From: Candidatus Kaiserbacteria bacterium
GTDB taxonomy: Bacteria > Patescibacteriota > Minisyncoccia > Phycocordibacterales > Phycocordibacteraceae
NCBI GenBank assembly: GCA_029288865.1
Contig: JARIGM010000035.1
Span: forward strand, 26,258 to 90,257
Direction of reading: 5' to 3'
Length of the DNA: 64,000 nucleotides
The notes beneath the pieces were generated by a model, which was not told the DNA's origin, searched no databases, and saw nothing but the letters and a program-made list of their open reading frames with translations. Shown in pieces: positions 19,968-29,300 of the stretch. The number at the start of each line of letters is the position of its first letter. Position 1 is the stretch's first letter. A program made the translations under genes and the position numbers.

Positions 19968-20471
19968 CTATGCCCGATCAACGTCAGGATTGTTATGCAG
20001 GTTCAGTCTCGTCACGACGTCAGAAGGAGCTTTGGCCAACAGCCGTTTCGCAACAGCCAGGATATCGGGGAATTCTTCTGCATTGTGTGTTGATTCTGTG
20101 ATGTTCACACACCAGCGTTTAATCTCGATACGAACGCCTCCGAAATTCCACGTCTCTTCCCAAGCTCCACGTGTAAAGCAAATATAGGCAACCAATTCCG
20201 GGCCACGGTTGCGCCCTTGAGGCATGTTTGGATCATCGCTCATCGCAAACGGCGTCGTCTCGATTTTGACCAGACGCAAGTCCATATTATCCGGAATGGG
20301 ATTGTGCCCAGGTTGTAGAATTTCTTCTTTAGTCCAGAGACGGTATTTCCGGAAATACACTCGTTCTCCCCGCACGTGTTCGAGATACATATGAAGAATC
20401 TCAAGCGCAGTAGATCCAGTGTTGCCCAAGTCTACTTTCGGCAAACGAACCCAATCCAATTTACTGAACAT
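19968..20471 (-). CDS. ORFan cassette protein
   Basis: GAGGGG SD before ATG 20471; terminator at 19912-19948. Confidence 0.7.
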   Translation of the reverse strand: MFSKLDWVRLPKVDLGNTGSTALEILHMYLEHVRGERVYFRKYRLWTKEEILQPGHNPIPDNMDLRLVKIETTPFAMSDDPNMPQGRNRGPELVAYICFTRGAWEETWNFGGVRIEIKRWCVNITESTHNAEEFPDILAVAKRLLAKAPSDVVTRLNLHNNPDVDRA

Positions 20472-20674
20472 TTCAATTACCCCTCTCGGGTAATGCCGTA
20501 CGGAATTGTACAAGCAACTGTCATCTCGACAGTCTTTTAGTGGCAAAGCGGATTGTCAGTAAAAGACTGTCGAGAAAGGTTGCCTGGCTCTACTGGGGTA
20601 TACACTAAATATGCTTCTCAGCAGCTGAGTTGAATCCAAGTATTATATACAACACTATTATATAAAAGTAAAGT

Positions 20675-20702
20675 GCTCCGCTGGCTGGAGGATGTTCGAA
20701 CG
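20675..20702 (+). repeat. 28-bp cassette-boundary repeat R2
   Basis: gctccgctggctggaggatgttcgaacg; 2 mismatches to R3; shares the tgtatgtaaaaa extension with R1. Confidence 0.9.
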
Positions 20703-20774
20703 TGTATGTAAAAAGAAAAACCCGTCAGCCTTGCGACTGACGGGGAGTTGTCTGAGCAGCCCGAGCTGTGAACT

Positions 20775-21080
20775 TCAGGCGGGGATGCCCATGCGCGGGT
20801 CAACCCTCTCGAGGATCGGGTCGTCGTCGGAGATGAACGACCGCTCGGGGATCTCGGACGCGAAGAGCTTCTTCGCGGCGGCGATGCCCATGAGAGTAAT
20901 GATGGCGACGATCTGGTCGTGCTCCTCGTGATCGAAGATCTTGATCACGGTCCAGGACTGGCGGTCCCGACCCGGCATCCGATCGAATTGCTGCCCGATC
21001 TTGGGCGAGTCTTCGTTGCTGACCTGCACCAGCTCGATCTTGTTCTCGAACTTGGCCAGAAGGAAGATGCTGCGGTTCAT
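20775..21080 (-). CDS. ORFan cassette protein, 101 aa, GC-rich codons
   Basis: AAGGA SD, TTGACA-17-TAATAT promoter, terminator at 20716-20745. Confidence 0.75.
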   Translation of the reverse strand: MNRSIFLLAKFENKIELVQVSNEDSPKIGQQFDRMPGRDRQSWTVIKIFDHEEHDQIVAIITLMGIAAAKKLFASEIPERSFISDDDPILERVDPRMGIPA

Positions 21081-21133
21081 GATGGTATCCTTTCTTGAAA
21101 AGCCAGGATTCTGGCGATGGAACTTCCGTATCT

Positions 21134-21162
21134 ATATTAGCACGTATCATGATTTATGTCAA
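21134..21162 (-). promoter_or_regulatory. Sigma70 promoter of the 101-aa cassette, abutting R3
   Basis: TTGACA taaatcatgatacgtgc TAATAT. Confidence 0.75.
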
Positions 21163-21190
21163 GCTCCACTGGCTAGAGGATGTTCGAACG
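21163..21190 (+). repeat. 28-bp cassette-boundary repeat R3
   Basis: gctccactggctagaggatgttcgaacg. Confidence 0.9.
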
Positions 21191-21264
21191 ATACTGATAG
21201 GAAATAAGTAAAGAAAAAACCCGTCCTTCATGGAAAAGCGGGTTTTTAAATACAGTTAATATGA

Positions 21265-21729
21265 CTACCGAAGCGGTGGTAATTTGTCCCGGATCTCCAT
21301 GAGAATCCGACAAAATAACTCCGCCGGTAGGGATGTATCAGGAGACTCGGGTCCGACGTCATGATACAACTCTAGTCCTGTTGTCGCGTGTAACGCTTTT
21401 CTGGCCATATCGTTCTGGGCAAACTTCGCGTTAATCGCGATAGCTATGAGCATGCGATGCTGGTCGCTTCCATAAGGATCCGAGCGTCCATCCCACCAAA
21501 TCCGCTTTCGTTCTGCGAAGGTGCCATATTCTTTTGCTCGTTTTCCCCACGATAGGAATGCTTCTTTTCGTCTGGCGTCATCCTCAGGAAATTTTATTCC
21601 CTGAATGAATCCCTCTGCCGACGCACAGAATTCATTGCCAATCTTAAAAGGGATACAAGGAAAGTTACTAAGGATGTGTGCTCGCCAATCGGTCGAGCCA
21701 CTGGTTACATTGATTCGTTCTACTGTCAT
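21265..21729 (-). CDS. NADAR (YbiA-like) superfamily protein
   Basis: ILSNF, SAEGFIQGIKF, AKFAQN, ALHATTGLELYH; GGAGG SD; terminator at 21213-21247. Confidence 0.6.
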   Translation of the reverse strand: MTVERINVTSGSTDWRAHILSNFPCIPFKIGNEFCASAEGFIQGIKFPEDDARRKEAFLSWGKRAKEYGTFAERKRIWWDGRSDPYGSDQHRMLIAIAINAKFAQNDMARKALHATTGLELYHDVGPESPDTSLPAELFCRILMEIRDKLPPLR

Positions 21730-21834
21730 GAGAACCTCCTATTCTAGCCGGACTATATCACCAATGAGAAAAAATTGATATTTCAAGAATGTGATCTCTT
21801 TTTGGAACCGGAGCGTTTTCCTCTTTTCTCCAAT

Positions 21835-21848
21835 GCTCCGTGGGTAAG
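21835..21848 (+). repeat. Partial duplicate of the tRNA-Asn 3' end (att-like)
   Basis: gctccgtgggtaag versus tRNA gctccgcgggtagg at 21922 (12/14). Confidence 0.6.
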
Positions 21849-21876
21849 CAAAGCTTGCCCGCCGTCGCCTCGCTCG

Positions 21877-21912
21877 AATACAAAAGACCCCTAGGAAGGG
21901 GTCTTTTGTATT
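21877..21912. terminator. Hairpin downstream of tRNA-Asn
   Basis: aatacaaaagacccct agga aggggtcttttgtatt. Confidence 0.75.
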
Positions 21913-21922
21913 GCTCACTCGG

Positions 21923-21994
21923 CTCCGCGGGTAGGATTCGAACCTACGACCAACTCGTTAACAGCGAGCCGCTCTACCACTGAGCTACCGCGGA
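21923..21994 (-). tRNA. tRNA-Asn(GTT), CCA not fully encoded
   Basis: TCCGCGG TAGCTCAGTGGTAGAGC GGCTCGCT GTT AACGAG TTGGTC GTAGG TTCGAAT CCTAC CCGCGGA G. Confidence 0.97.
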
Positions 21995-22167
21995 ATATCT
22001 GCACCGCCCTTCACTGCCCTCTTGCAGGCGGAATGGGCGGTCCGGGCACGTAACCCGGACGTTTATCATTCTAGCGGAAATTCCAAGTTCAGCAACTACC
22101 TATCCCGGGTAAATAGAAAGGCCGAGAGAGCATACTCTCTCGGCCTTTGGTGTCACATCGGGAAGGA

Positions 22168-22527
22168 TTAGGGTTTGCGACGATCTGTGGTCGGAATATG
22201 TTCAGAGTAGGTTCCTGTCGCGAGTTCATCCTGTTGGAGCTGTGCTCCAGCGTGTACGATCGCGACCCGGAAGCCGACTGCCCTCGCAAGCTTGAATGCC
22301 GTCAGAAGAGCAGGACGTTTGGTGTCGCGCCAGGCAAACTTCACAACAGTAGTTGTGCAGAGTCCGGCTTCGGCTGCGATGATCTCGAAGTTCCTATTGC
22401 GCTTATTGTGCGCATGCCATACGGCGCCCCGCAAATCATCCAACCACTTTTCGTAATCGTAATCGATGGTATGGACAGGAACCGCTGGTACTTCCTTTCC
22501 CACGACTTTTAAATGAACTGATGCCAA
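22168..22527 (-). CDS. XRE/Cro-like helix-turn-helix protein
   Basis: IAAEAGLCTTTVVKFAWRDTKRPALLTAFKLARAVG; AAGGAGG SD with TTG start; TTGACA-17-TAATTT. Confidence 0.65.
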   Translation of the reverse strand: MASVHLKVVGKEVPAVPVHTIDYDYEKWLDDLRGAVWHAHNKRNRNFEIIAAEAGLCTTTVVKFAWRDTKRPALLTAFKLARAVGFRVAIVHAGAQLQQDELATGTYSEHIPTTDRRKP

Positions 22528-22683
22528 GACGTTCCTCCTTTGATGGATCTTGTCTCTACTAAATTAGAACACATCAATACTAATGTCAATTAAAATGTAA
22601 GCTTTTCTCACATGCTAAAATCGAACATATGCCGCGCGCAGGGACGCCCCCCATCCGCTCGAAGCAAGTATAGTCTCCATGAT

Positions 22684-23199
22684 ATGAGAAAGAAAATTGT
22701 TACCGTGAACGACCGAATGCAGCACGATTACAAGTACGAACTTATCGAAGAGCCGGGCAAGAATTTCCATCCTGAATTCAAGCCGGATCTGACACCGAAA
22801 GAGATGCTCGCGCTTGGCGTGTTCGGTGGTGTGTATATGCGCGATTGCACGAAGGAATTCCCGGCCGATTGGTTCACGCATGCCAAATTCCAGGTGAAAG
22901 ATTCGTACGTGCACGATCCGAAGATCAACTTCTTTAAGGTAAACGCGAGCCAGCCGCTTTCAGTGTGGAAGAAGAAAGGCTGGATTCATAAAGACGATCC
23001 GCGCGGATGGTTCCAATGGTATTGCCGCTACTACATGGGCCGTCGCAGCGAGGATGACGAGCGACAGATCAAGCGATGGAAAGCGATCCGCCGTCATGCA
23101 TACCAGATACGGTATAACTGCAAACCCGGCGACATGACCTGCCGTCCGGTCCAGCGCCAAGCTTTGCTACACTGGGCATACGATAGCCGCGGGATGTAG
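22684..23199 (+). CDS. Conserved hypothetical protein (DPRGWFQWYCRYY family)
   Basis: LTPKEMLALGVFGG, DPRGWFQWYCRYYMGRR, RQALLHWAYD. Confidence 0.85.
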   Translation: MRKKIVTVNDRMQHDYKYELIEEPGKNFHPEFKPDLTPKEMLALGVFGGVYMRDCTKEFPADWFTHAKFQVKDSYVHDPKINFFKVNASQPLSVWKKKGWIHKDDPRGWFQWYCRYYMGRRSEDDERQIKRWKAIRRHAYQIRYNCKPGDMTCRPVQRQALLHWAYDSRGM

Positions 23200-23290
23200 A
23201 ACTTCTCGCAACAAGTGACAATATACTTGCGCATATGGCATAATCGCAGCGGACGCAATTATTCAGCACATCATCATATGGAGAGTCGCC

Positions 23291-23653
23291 GTGAATCCCT
23301 CACGACTTTTATCGCCGTCCCGCGGACGCATTACTGCGGGACCGAGCACGTTGGAGCTCCTCGCATCCTTATCCAAATACAATACCCCGGAGGCAGTTGA
23401 ACACGCAGTAGATATTGTGTGTGCGTTCAACAACCGAGAAGAGACGCTTCGGGTCCAAGTGGTGGCATTAATTCATCGTCCCAACCCGCCCGAACAATGG
23501 GACATCGGCGGATACACTGTAAGCTCCCTTCCGAGTCATGAACCCCGAGCACTCACGGCAACCTATAATGCTTTGGATCGCCGAGGCGCAATGAAATTCT
23601 TGGAAGCTGATTTCGCCGGTTTTGATATTGAAGCGTTGCATTCAAGATACTGA
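23291..23653 (+). CDS. ORFan protein
   Basis: GGAG SD with GTG start; terminator-like hairpin at 23695-23720. Confidence 0.55.
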   Translation: MNPSRLLSPSRGRITAGPSTLELLASLSKYNTPEAVEHAVDIVCAFNNREETLRVQVVALIHRPNPPEQWDIGGYTVSSLPSHEPRALTATYNALDRRGAMKFLEADFAGFDIEALHSRY

Positions 23654-23748
23654 TCTTTGGTTCCCGAAAACATTCTTACGAGTGAAAACAACAGAGCCGC
23701 CCTTCCACAAGGCGGCTTTTTGTATGCGAAATGGTACGATAGAAATAT

Positions 23749-24657
23749 ATGCAAAAGATCATCCCGCACCTCTGGTTTGACAAGGAAGCGAAAGAAGCTG
23801 CCGACTTTTATACCTCGATATTTCCTGAGTCTCGCATAACTCACCACTCCGTCATCCGCGACACGCCCTCTGGAGATTGCGACATCCTCGCATTCGATCT
23901 CTGGGGATATTCTTTCAAGGCCATAAGCGCCGGTCCCATATTTAAGCTCAATCCATCCATCTCATTCATGGTGAACTTCGATCCGTCGCGAGATCCGAAC
24001 GCGAGAGTCCTGCTCGACGAGATCTGGAGCAAGCTTATGGATGGAGGCACTGCACTCATGCCGCTCGATGCATATCCGTTCAGCAAGAGATACGGATGGG
24101 TGCAGGATAAGTTCGGCGTGTCGTGGCAGCTCATCCTCACGAATCCTGAGGGCGAACCGCGTCCATCAATCATTCCTTCTCTTATGTTTACAAAGGACTC
24201 GTTCGGAAAAGCCGAAGAAACAGCGGATTTCTATATCTCACTCTTTGATAATTCGAAACGCGGCACGCTTGCCCGCTACCCTGTCGGCTCAGGACCCGAA
24301 GCCGAGGGCAAGGTTATGTTCTCAGACTTCATGCTTGCGCATCAGTGGTTCACGGCAATGGATGGCGCAGGCCCGCACAACTTCGCATTTAATGAAGCGT
24401 TGTCGCTCGTCGTGAATTGCGAGAATCAAGAAGAGATCGATCATCTCTGGGAGAAGCTTTCTGCAGAGCCTGCATCCGAACAGTGCGGATGGCTTAAGGA
24501 TAAATATGGCGTGTCATGGCAGATCGTACCCTCTGCGATGGACGAGATGATGAGTAGCGGGACTCCCGAACAGCTCATGCGCGTGACAAAGGCATTCCTG
24601 GCGATGAAAAAGTTCGATATCGCTGCACTGCAGCAGGCGTTTGAAGGAACCGCATAG
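23749..24657 (+). CDS. Tandem VOC protein (3-demethylubiquinone-9 3-methyltransferase-like/PhnB family)
   Basis: KIIPHLWFD, GWVQDKFGVSWQL, CGWLKDKYGVSWQIVP, MKKFDIA. Confidence 0.9.
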   Translation: MQKIIPHLWFDKEAKEAADFYTSIFPESRITHHSVIRDTPSGDCDILAFDLWGYSFKAISAGPIFKLNPSISFMVNFDPSRDPNARVLLDEIWSKLMDGGTALMPLDAYPFSKRYGWVQDKFGVSWQLILTNPEGEPRPSIIPSLMFTKDSFGKAEETADFYISLFDNSKRGTLARYPVGSGPEAEGKVMFSDFMLAHQWFTAMDGAGPHNFAFNEALSLVVNCENQEEIDHLWEKLSAEPASEQCGWLKDKYGVSWQIVPSAMDEMMSSGTPEQLMRVTKAFLAMKKFDIAALQQAFEGTA

Positions 24658-24785
24658 CGACGGGCACACGGTGATGAATAGTTGACAGCTAGTCAACTAT
24701 ATGATAAAGAGCTAGTAGCGGAGACGAGATCCGCAAGCCCTCATCATCAGACGCCTATATTCTAGGCCACAAAAGGAGACCTCCC

Positions 24786-25328
24786 ATGTTCTGGTTTTTT
24801 CTGCGTCGTGCCCTTGTTTTTGCGATTTCAATTGCTCTTGCTGCGTGTGTGTCACATGCAGCTCCTGCATTCGCCAAACAAACACTACACCCAGAAAGAA
24901 CGACATGGTTCGCGTGCGCGCGAACTGAACTCCCCAGAGCCCTGGAACGATATGACTTCCTGCTCGAAGAGAGCGCCCATGATGCCGGCATCTCGAAAGA
25001 TGTATTGATCGGCATCATGATGACCGAAAGCCTTGGTAACGCCAAAGCACCCGGCGGTCTCATGCAGACCCGCGACTCAGTGAAGGATGCCCTCGGCATC
25101 GCCTGTGACGAACGTCACGCCAGCTGCAGCATCATGCTTGCAGCGCGCTACGTGCGGTATCTGTCTGACAGGTACCATTATTCGTTCGAGAGAACGATCG
25201 TCGCATACAACCGCGGACCCTCCGGGGCTCGCAAAGTATCCGATCCTTCGCGGGATCAGTACTATACGCGCGTGTCATATATCATGCACTCGCTCAATCC
25301 CCGGTCCGAGCTCGCTCTGGCCGACTAA
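24786..25328 (+). CDS. SLT-domain lytic transglycosylase
   Basis: Signal peptide, IMMTES, GLMQ, AYNRGP. Confidence 0.82.
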   Translation: MFWFFLRRALVFAISIALAACVSHAAPAFAKQTLHPERTTWFACARTELPRALERYDFLLEESAHDAGISKDVLIGIMMTESLGNAKAPGGLMQTRDSVKDALGIACDERHASCSIMLAARYVRYLSDRYHYSFERTIVAYNRGPSGARKVSDPSRDQYYTRVSYIMHSLNPRSELALAD

Positions 25329-25436
25329 CCTCGTACCTTTTTCTTTTTTGTTCCTATCTTAAAACCCCCTTCGCTTGCGGAGGGGGTTTTGCTATCCCCA
25401 CCAGTCAAAAATACTGCCATGCTATCCTCCGAGGAT

Positions 25437-25958
25437 ATGGAAAACCTTTACGACTTCACCGTGCCCGTGTTTATCAATCAGCTTAACGGCCTCAAGAACG
25501 TGCTCACCAAAGCAGAGGCGCATGCAAAAGAAGCCGGCCTGGACGAAGCGACACTCCTCAACGATGCCCTTATCGCTGATATGTTCCCGCTCAAGAAGCA
25601 GGTACAGCTCTCGAGCGACCATTCCAAGGGCACCGTCGCACGTCTCAGCGGCAAGGAAAATCCGAAGATGGAAGATACTGAAGCGACATTTGCCGAACTT
25701 CAGTCACGACTCGATAAGACCATAGAATTCATCCAGAGCGTCAGCCAAGCTGATTTCGTAGGCGCGGAAGAACGTCAGATCATTCTTCACTACTATCCTG
25801 GAAAATATATGCTCGGCAAGGATTACGCTCGATTCTATGCGCTCCCCAACTTCATGTTCCATGTCACGACTGCATACGGCATCATTCGCAAGAATGGCGT
25901 ACAGATCGGCAAAGCTGATTTCGCGAACGAACTTCCGTTCCACGAGCTTCCGAATTAG
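25437..25958 (+). CDS. DUF1993 family protein
   Basis: DMFPLKKQVQ, LPNFMFHVTTAYGIIRKNGVQIGKADF. Confidence 0.88.
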   Translation: MENLYDFTVPVFINQLNGLKNVLTKAEAHAKEAGLDEATLLNDALIADMFPLKKQVQLSSDHSKGTVARLSGKENPKMEDTEATFAELQSRLDKTIEFIQSVSQADFVGAEERQIILHYYPGKYMLGKDYARFYALPNFMFHVTTAYGIIRKNGVQIGKADFANELPFHELPN

Positions 25959-26038
25959 TTTTTAAAATATAGAGGAAATGAAAAAGACGGCTCATAAGAG
26001 TCGTCTTTTGCGTTACGATGACGTAAAAAGAAAGAGCG

Positions 26039-26225
26039 GTCCCAGCTCTCATTAGCTACCACGGTGGCAATATAATGCGCGATGCGCTAAATGCCCAGCA
26101 CGATGCAACCTGCGAGACTTCATTGTATAGGATACAGACACTTCCCATCAGCAAAGAACACCAGATCATCTAACGTGCACCCTTGATTAAGCTATTAGCA
26201 CCGTAGCTCTCCAAAGAGCTGGGAC
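26039..26225 (-). ncRNA. 6S-like RNA candidate, 187 nt
   Basis: 11-bp terminal stem GTCCCAGCTCT/AGAGCTGGGAC, further helices around a central A/U-rich bubble, TTGACT-16-TAGAGT promoter, 3' T tract. Confidence 0.7.
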
Positions 26226-26360
26226 TTTCAATACTCTACTCCTCCGGACTCGGCAGTCAAGCAGTTTACCCACACGCACCTCGTCTTCATGTTTGAAATT
26301 CGGCTAGAATTATTCATAAGGTCTTCACGATCTCATGATTAGTCACAACCATTCCCTTTT

Positions 26361-29300
26361 ATGCCCAGCAGATTGTCTTATTTCGGAACAGCGCCGCTTC
26401 TCATCGCGCTGTTTGCAAGCAGTGCGCTCTTAATTTTCCCTTCGCTCTCGCAAGCTGAGACGGGAGCCACGCTCGGCCAATACGCCATCAAATCAGTATC
26501 AGCGCAGCAATACATGGCGCTGCAATACGGCGTGTCGCGTGTCGACAACCAGGTCGTTGATTACTTCGGCGATGGGACGAATCCGTTCCAACAATTTTCT
26601 GTTGTGCGAATGGGAAGCACCCAGTATGAATTGCGCGACAAGCCGAACGGCCTCTGCCTTACCGCAACTACAGCTGGCATCGTGCAAGAGAATTGCACCG
26701 GGAGCAACAATCAGCTCTTTATCTTGAACAAGCAGTCGGACGGTTCATATCAGATCGGCAATGGAAACAAGTGCGTAGTAGTCCCTTCGACGTTCGCAAG
26801 CGTCGTAACAGGTGATTGTAGTTCAAACGCCTCATGGACGTTCGTTCCAGAGAACGGCAGCGCGAGCTTAAACCTATCAGCATCGAATACGACTTCAAGC
26901 TCAGTATCTGTTTCTTCTTCAGGTACTCCGACTCCGACAAGCACGGATGTGGCTCCGAGCTCAAGCAGCATAGCTCCAGGACAATATGCCCTTAAATCCG
27001 TACCGTTCCAGCAATATATGGCGCTTGCCTATGGAGCATCGCATACGGATTATCCAGTGGTGGATTACTTCGGCGATGGTACGAATCCGTTCCAGCAGTT
27101 CGTACTCACAGACATGGGTTCCGGCCAATTCGAACTTAAGGAGAAGACAGGCGGACTCTGCGTAAGCATAACCAGCAATGGAGTACTTCAAGAGAATTGC
27201 ACCGGCGCAGGCACGCAACTGTATTCGCTCACTAAACAATCGGATGGTTCATATCAGATCAAGAATACTGCTTCGGGAAATTGCCTCACAGTCCCTTCAA
27301 CATTTTCAAATGTTACGGCTGGATCGTGTGACGCAAATGCTGATTGGTTTCTGTTGAGTCGAAACGGATCAGTGACAACTCCTTCCACAACTCCCGTCGC
27401 TTCAACTCCCGCCGCAACGACGCCGACATTCAAGTCTGGCGATCGCGTGATGACAACTGACTCGGTGAACGTGCGTGCAGCTGTCTCAACTGTTGGACAG
27501 ATTCTCGCAAAAGAAGCACGCGGAAAGACCGGCACTGTTACTGATGGTCCTTCTCAATCCAATTCGTATACCTGGTGGAATATCGCCTATGATGACGGCG
27601 CTGCGGGATGGAGCGTTGAGTCTTATCTGGCCGCAACTACGATTCAGAAACCTGCTCCTGTTACTCCTGTCACCGTTCCTGCACCCGTGACCCAACCTTC
27701 CTCGAGTGAGACTCCAGTCACGCAGCCAACGACGCCGACATTCAAGTCTGGCGATCGCGTGATGACTACTGATTCAGTAAATGTGCGAGACGGCGCATCC
27801 GCGCAGAGCGCAATTCGTGGCAAAGCGCTAAAGAACGCAACCGGAACCGTTACTACCGGACCAGTACAATCAGGTAGCTATAAGTGGTGGAAGATCGACT
27901 ATGACAACGGACTGAGTGGCTGGAGCGCCGAATCTTATCTCACAGCAACCACGATTCAGAAGCCGGTGACGACCCCTTCAACACCGACGACGCCAGTAAC
28001 TACCCCATCGAGCTCCACTGATTCATCGCAGAGCGTAACGACTGTAGTCCCAAAAAACTTCCGTCTCATGACACTCGGCGACTCGATGACACAAGGATAT
28101 GGTGGAGCTGATGTCGGAGGATATCGCGGCCCCCTCTATCAGGCACTGCTTTCAGCGGGCTATGCTCCCCAGATGGTCGGTACCATCTCGTGCGGCACCT
28201 CAAGTCTCTTGCCTGCAAACCAGCAAAATTGTGACGGAGTCGGCGGCAACACCCTTGCTCAGATCGATGCTCGCGTAAAGACCGGCATCGTCACGACAAA
28301 TAATCCGGACGTCGTACTGATTCTCGGCGGATTCAATTCGATCTATTACACCTACGACTCGACCCAGACGGATCTCGATAATCTCCAGCAGATCATCGAA
28401 GACGTGCACGCGCAGAAGCCAAGCGTTCATATCATCGTCTCTTCACTCGTGGGAAGCACCCAGTGCTGCAACACGAATAAGATTGCGGAGTACAACGCTG
28501 GCATCCCGGGCGTCGTAGCGAAGCTGAAGGCTCAGGGTTATGCGATCACCTACGTCGACATGTATCCGGTCGTGCCAAGCAATGACCTCTACGATTACGT
28601 GCATCCGAACAGCGATGGCTACCGCCTCATGGCAGCAACATGGCTGAACGCGATTAAGGCGATCGTGCCGCTCACAACGACCACATCGGTGAATACAACA
28701 TCGTCATCATCATCGACGATCGCCTCAGCGTCATCGTCTAAGAATCTCGACTTGACCGGCTATAAGCTCACATTCGATGATGAGTTTAATAAGCTCGACA
28801 TCTCCGATTCCACGACTTACGACGGATCGAATTGGTACACGCACAACGAGCAGTGTTGCATGATGACCACCGATGGTTCTGGCACGGCGATGGTCGGCCT
28901 CTCAAGTCCGCAGAATCCGTATTCGATTCTCCCCGGCGGAGGACTGAATATACGATTACAGAAAACTAATAACACCTGGACATCAGGTGTTATTACGTCT
29001 GTCGACAATTCGGGCAAAGGATTCTCGCAAAAGTACGGCTACTTCGAGATGAAGGCCAAACTTCCTGCCGGCACTGACACCTGGCCAGCTTTCTGGCTTT
29101 TGAATACTGCCGCCAAAAGCAGTAATGCGCCTGCAGGAGAGGCTGATATCGTCGAATACATCGCAAACCCGGGCTTCCGGAATTATATCGTCTCCACACT
29201 CCATGATTGGAGCAATGGAACTACCCCATCGGAGAACCACGTCCCGGTCTCATCGGTCCCCAGCGATGGGAACTATCACACGTACGGTATGAAGTGGACT

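Noticed and set aside
19871-21190. CRISPR array interpretation of the 28-bp repeats
   Set aside because: Intervals are 460-776 bp and contain whole genes; no cas genes in the window.
19871-21190. Classical integron attC sites
   Set aside because: No RYYYAAC...GTTRRRY long imperfect palindrome, the cassettes carry their own promoters, and there is no intI.
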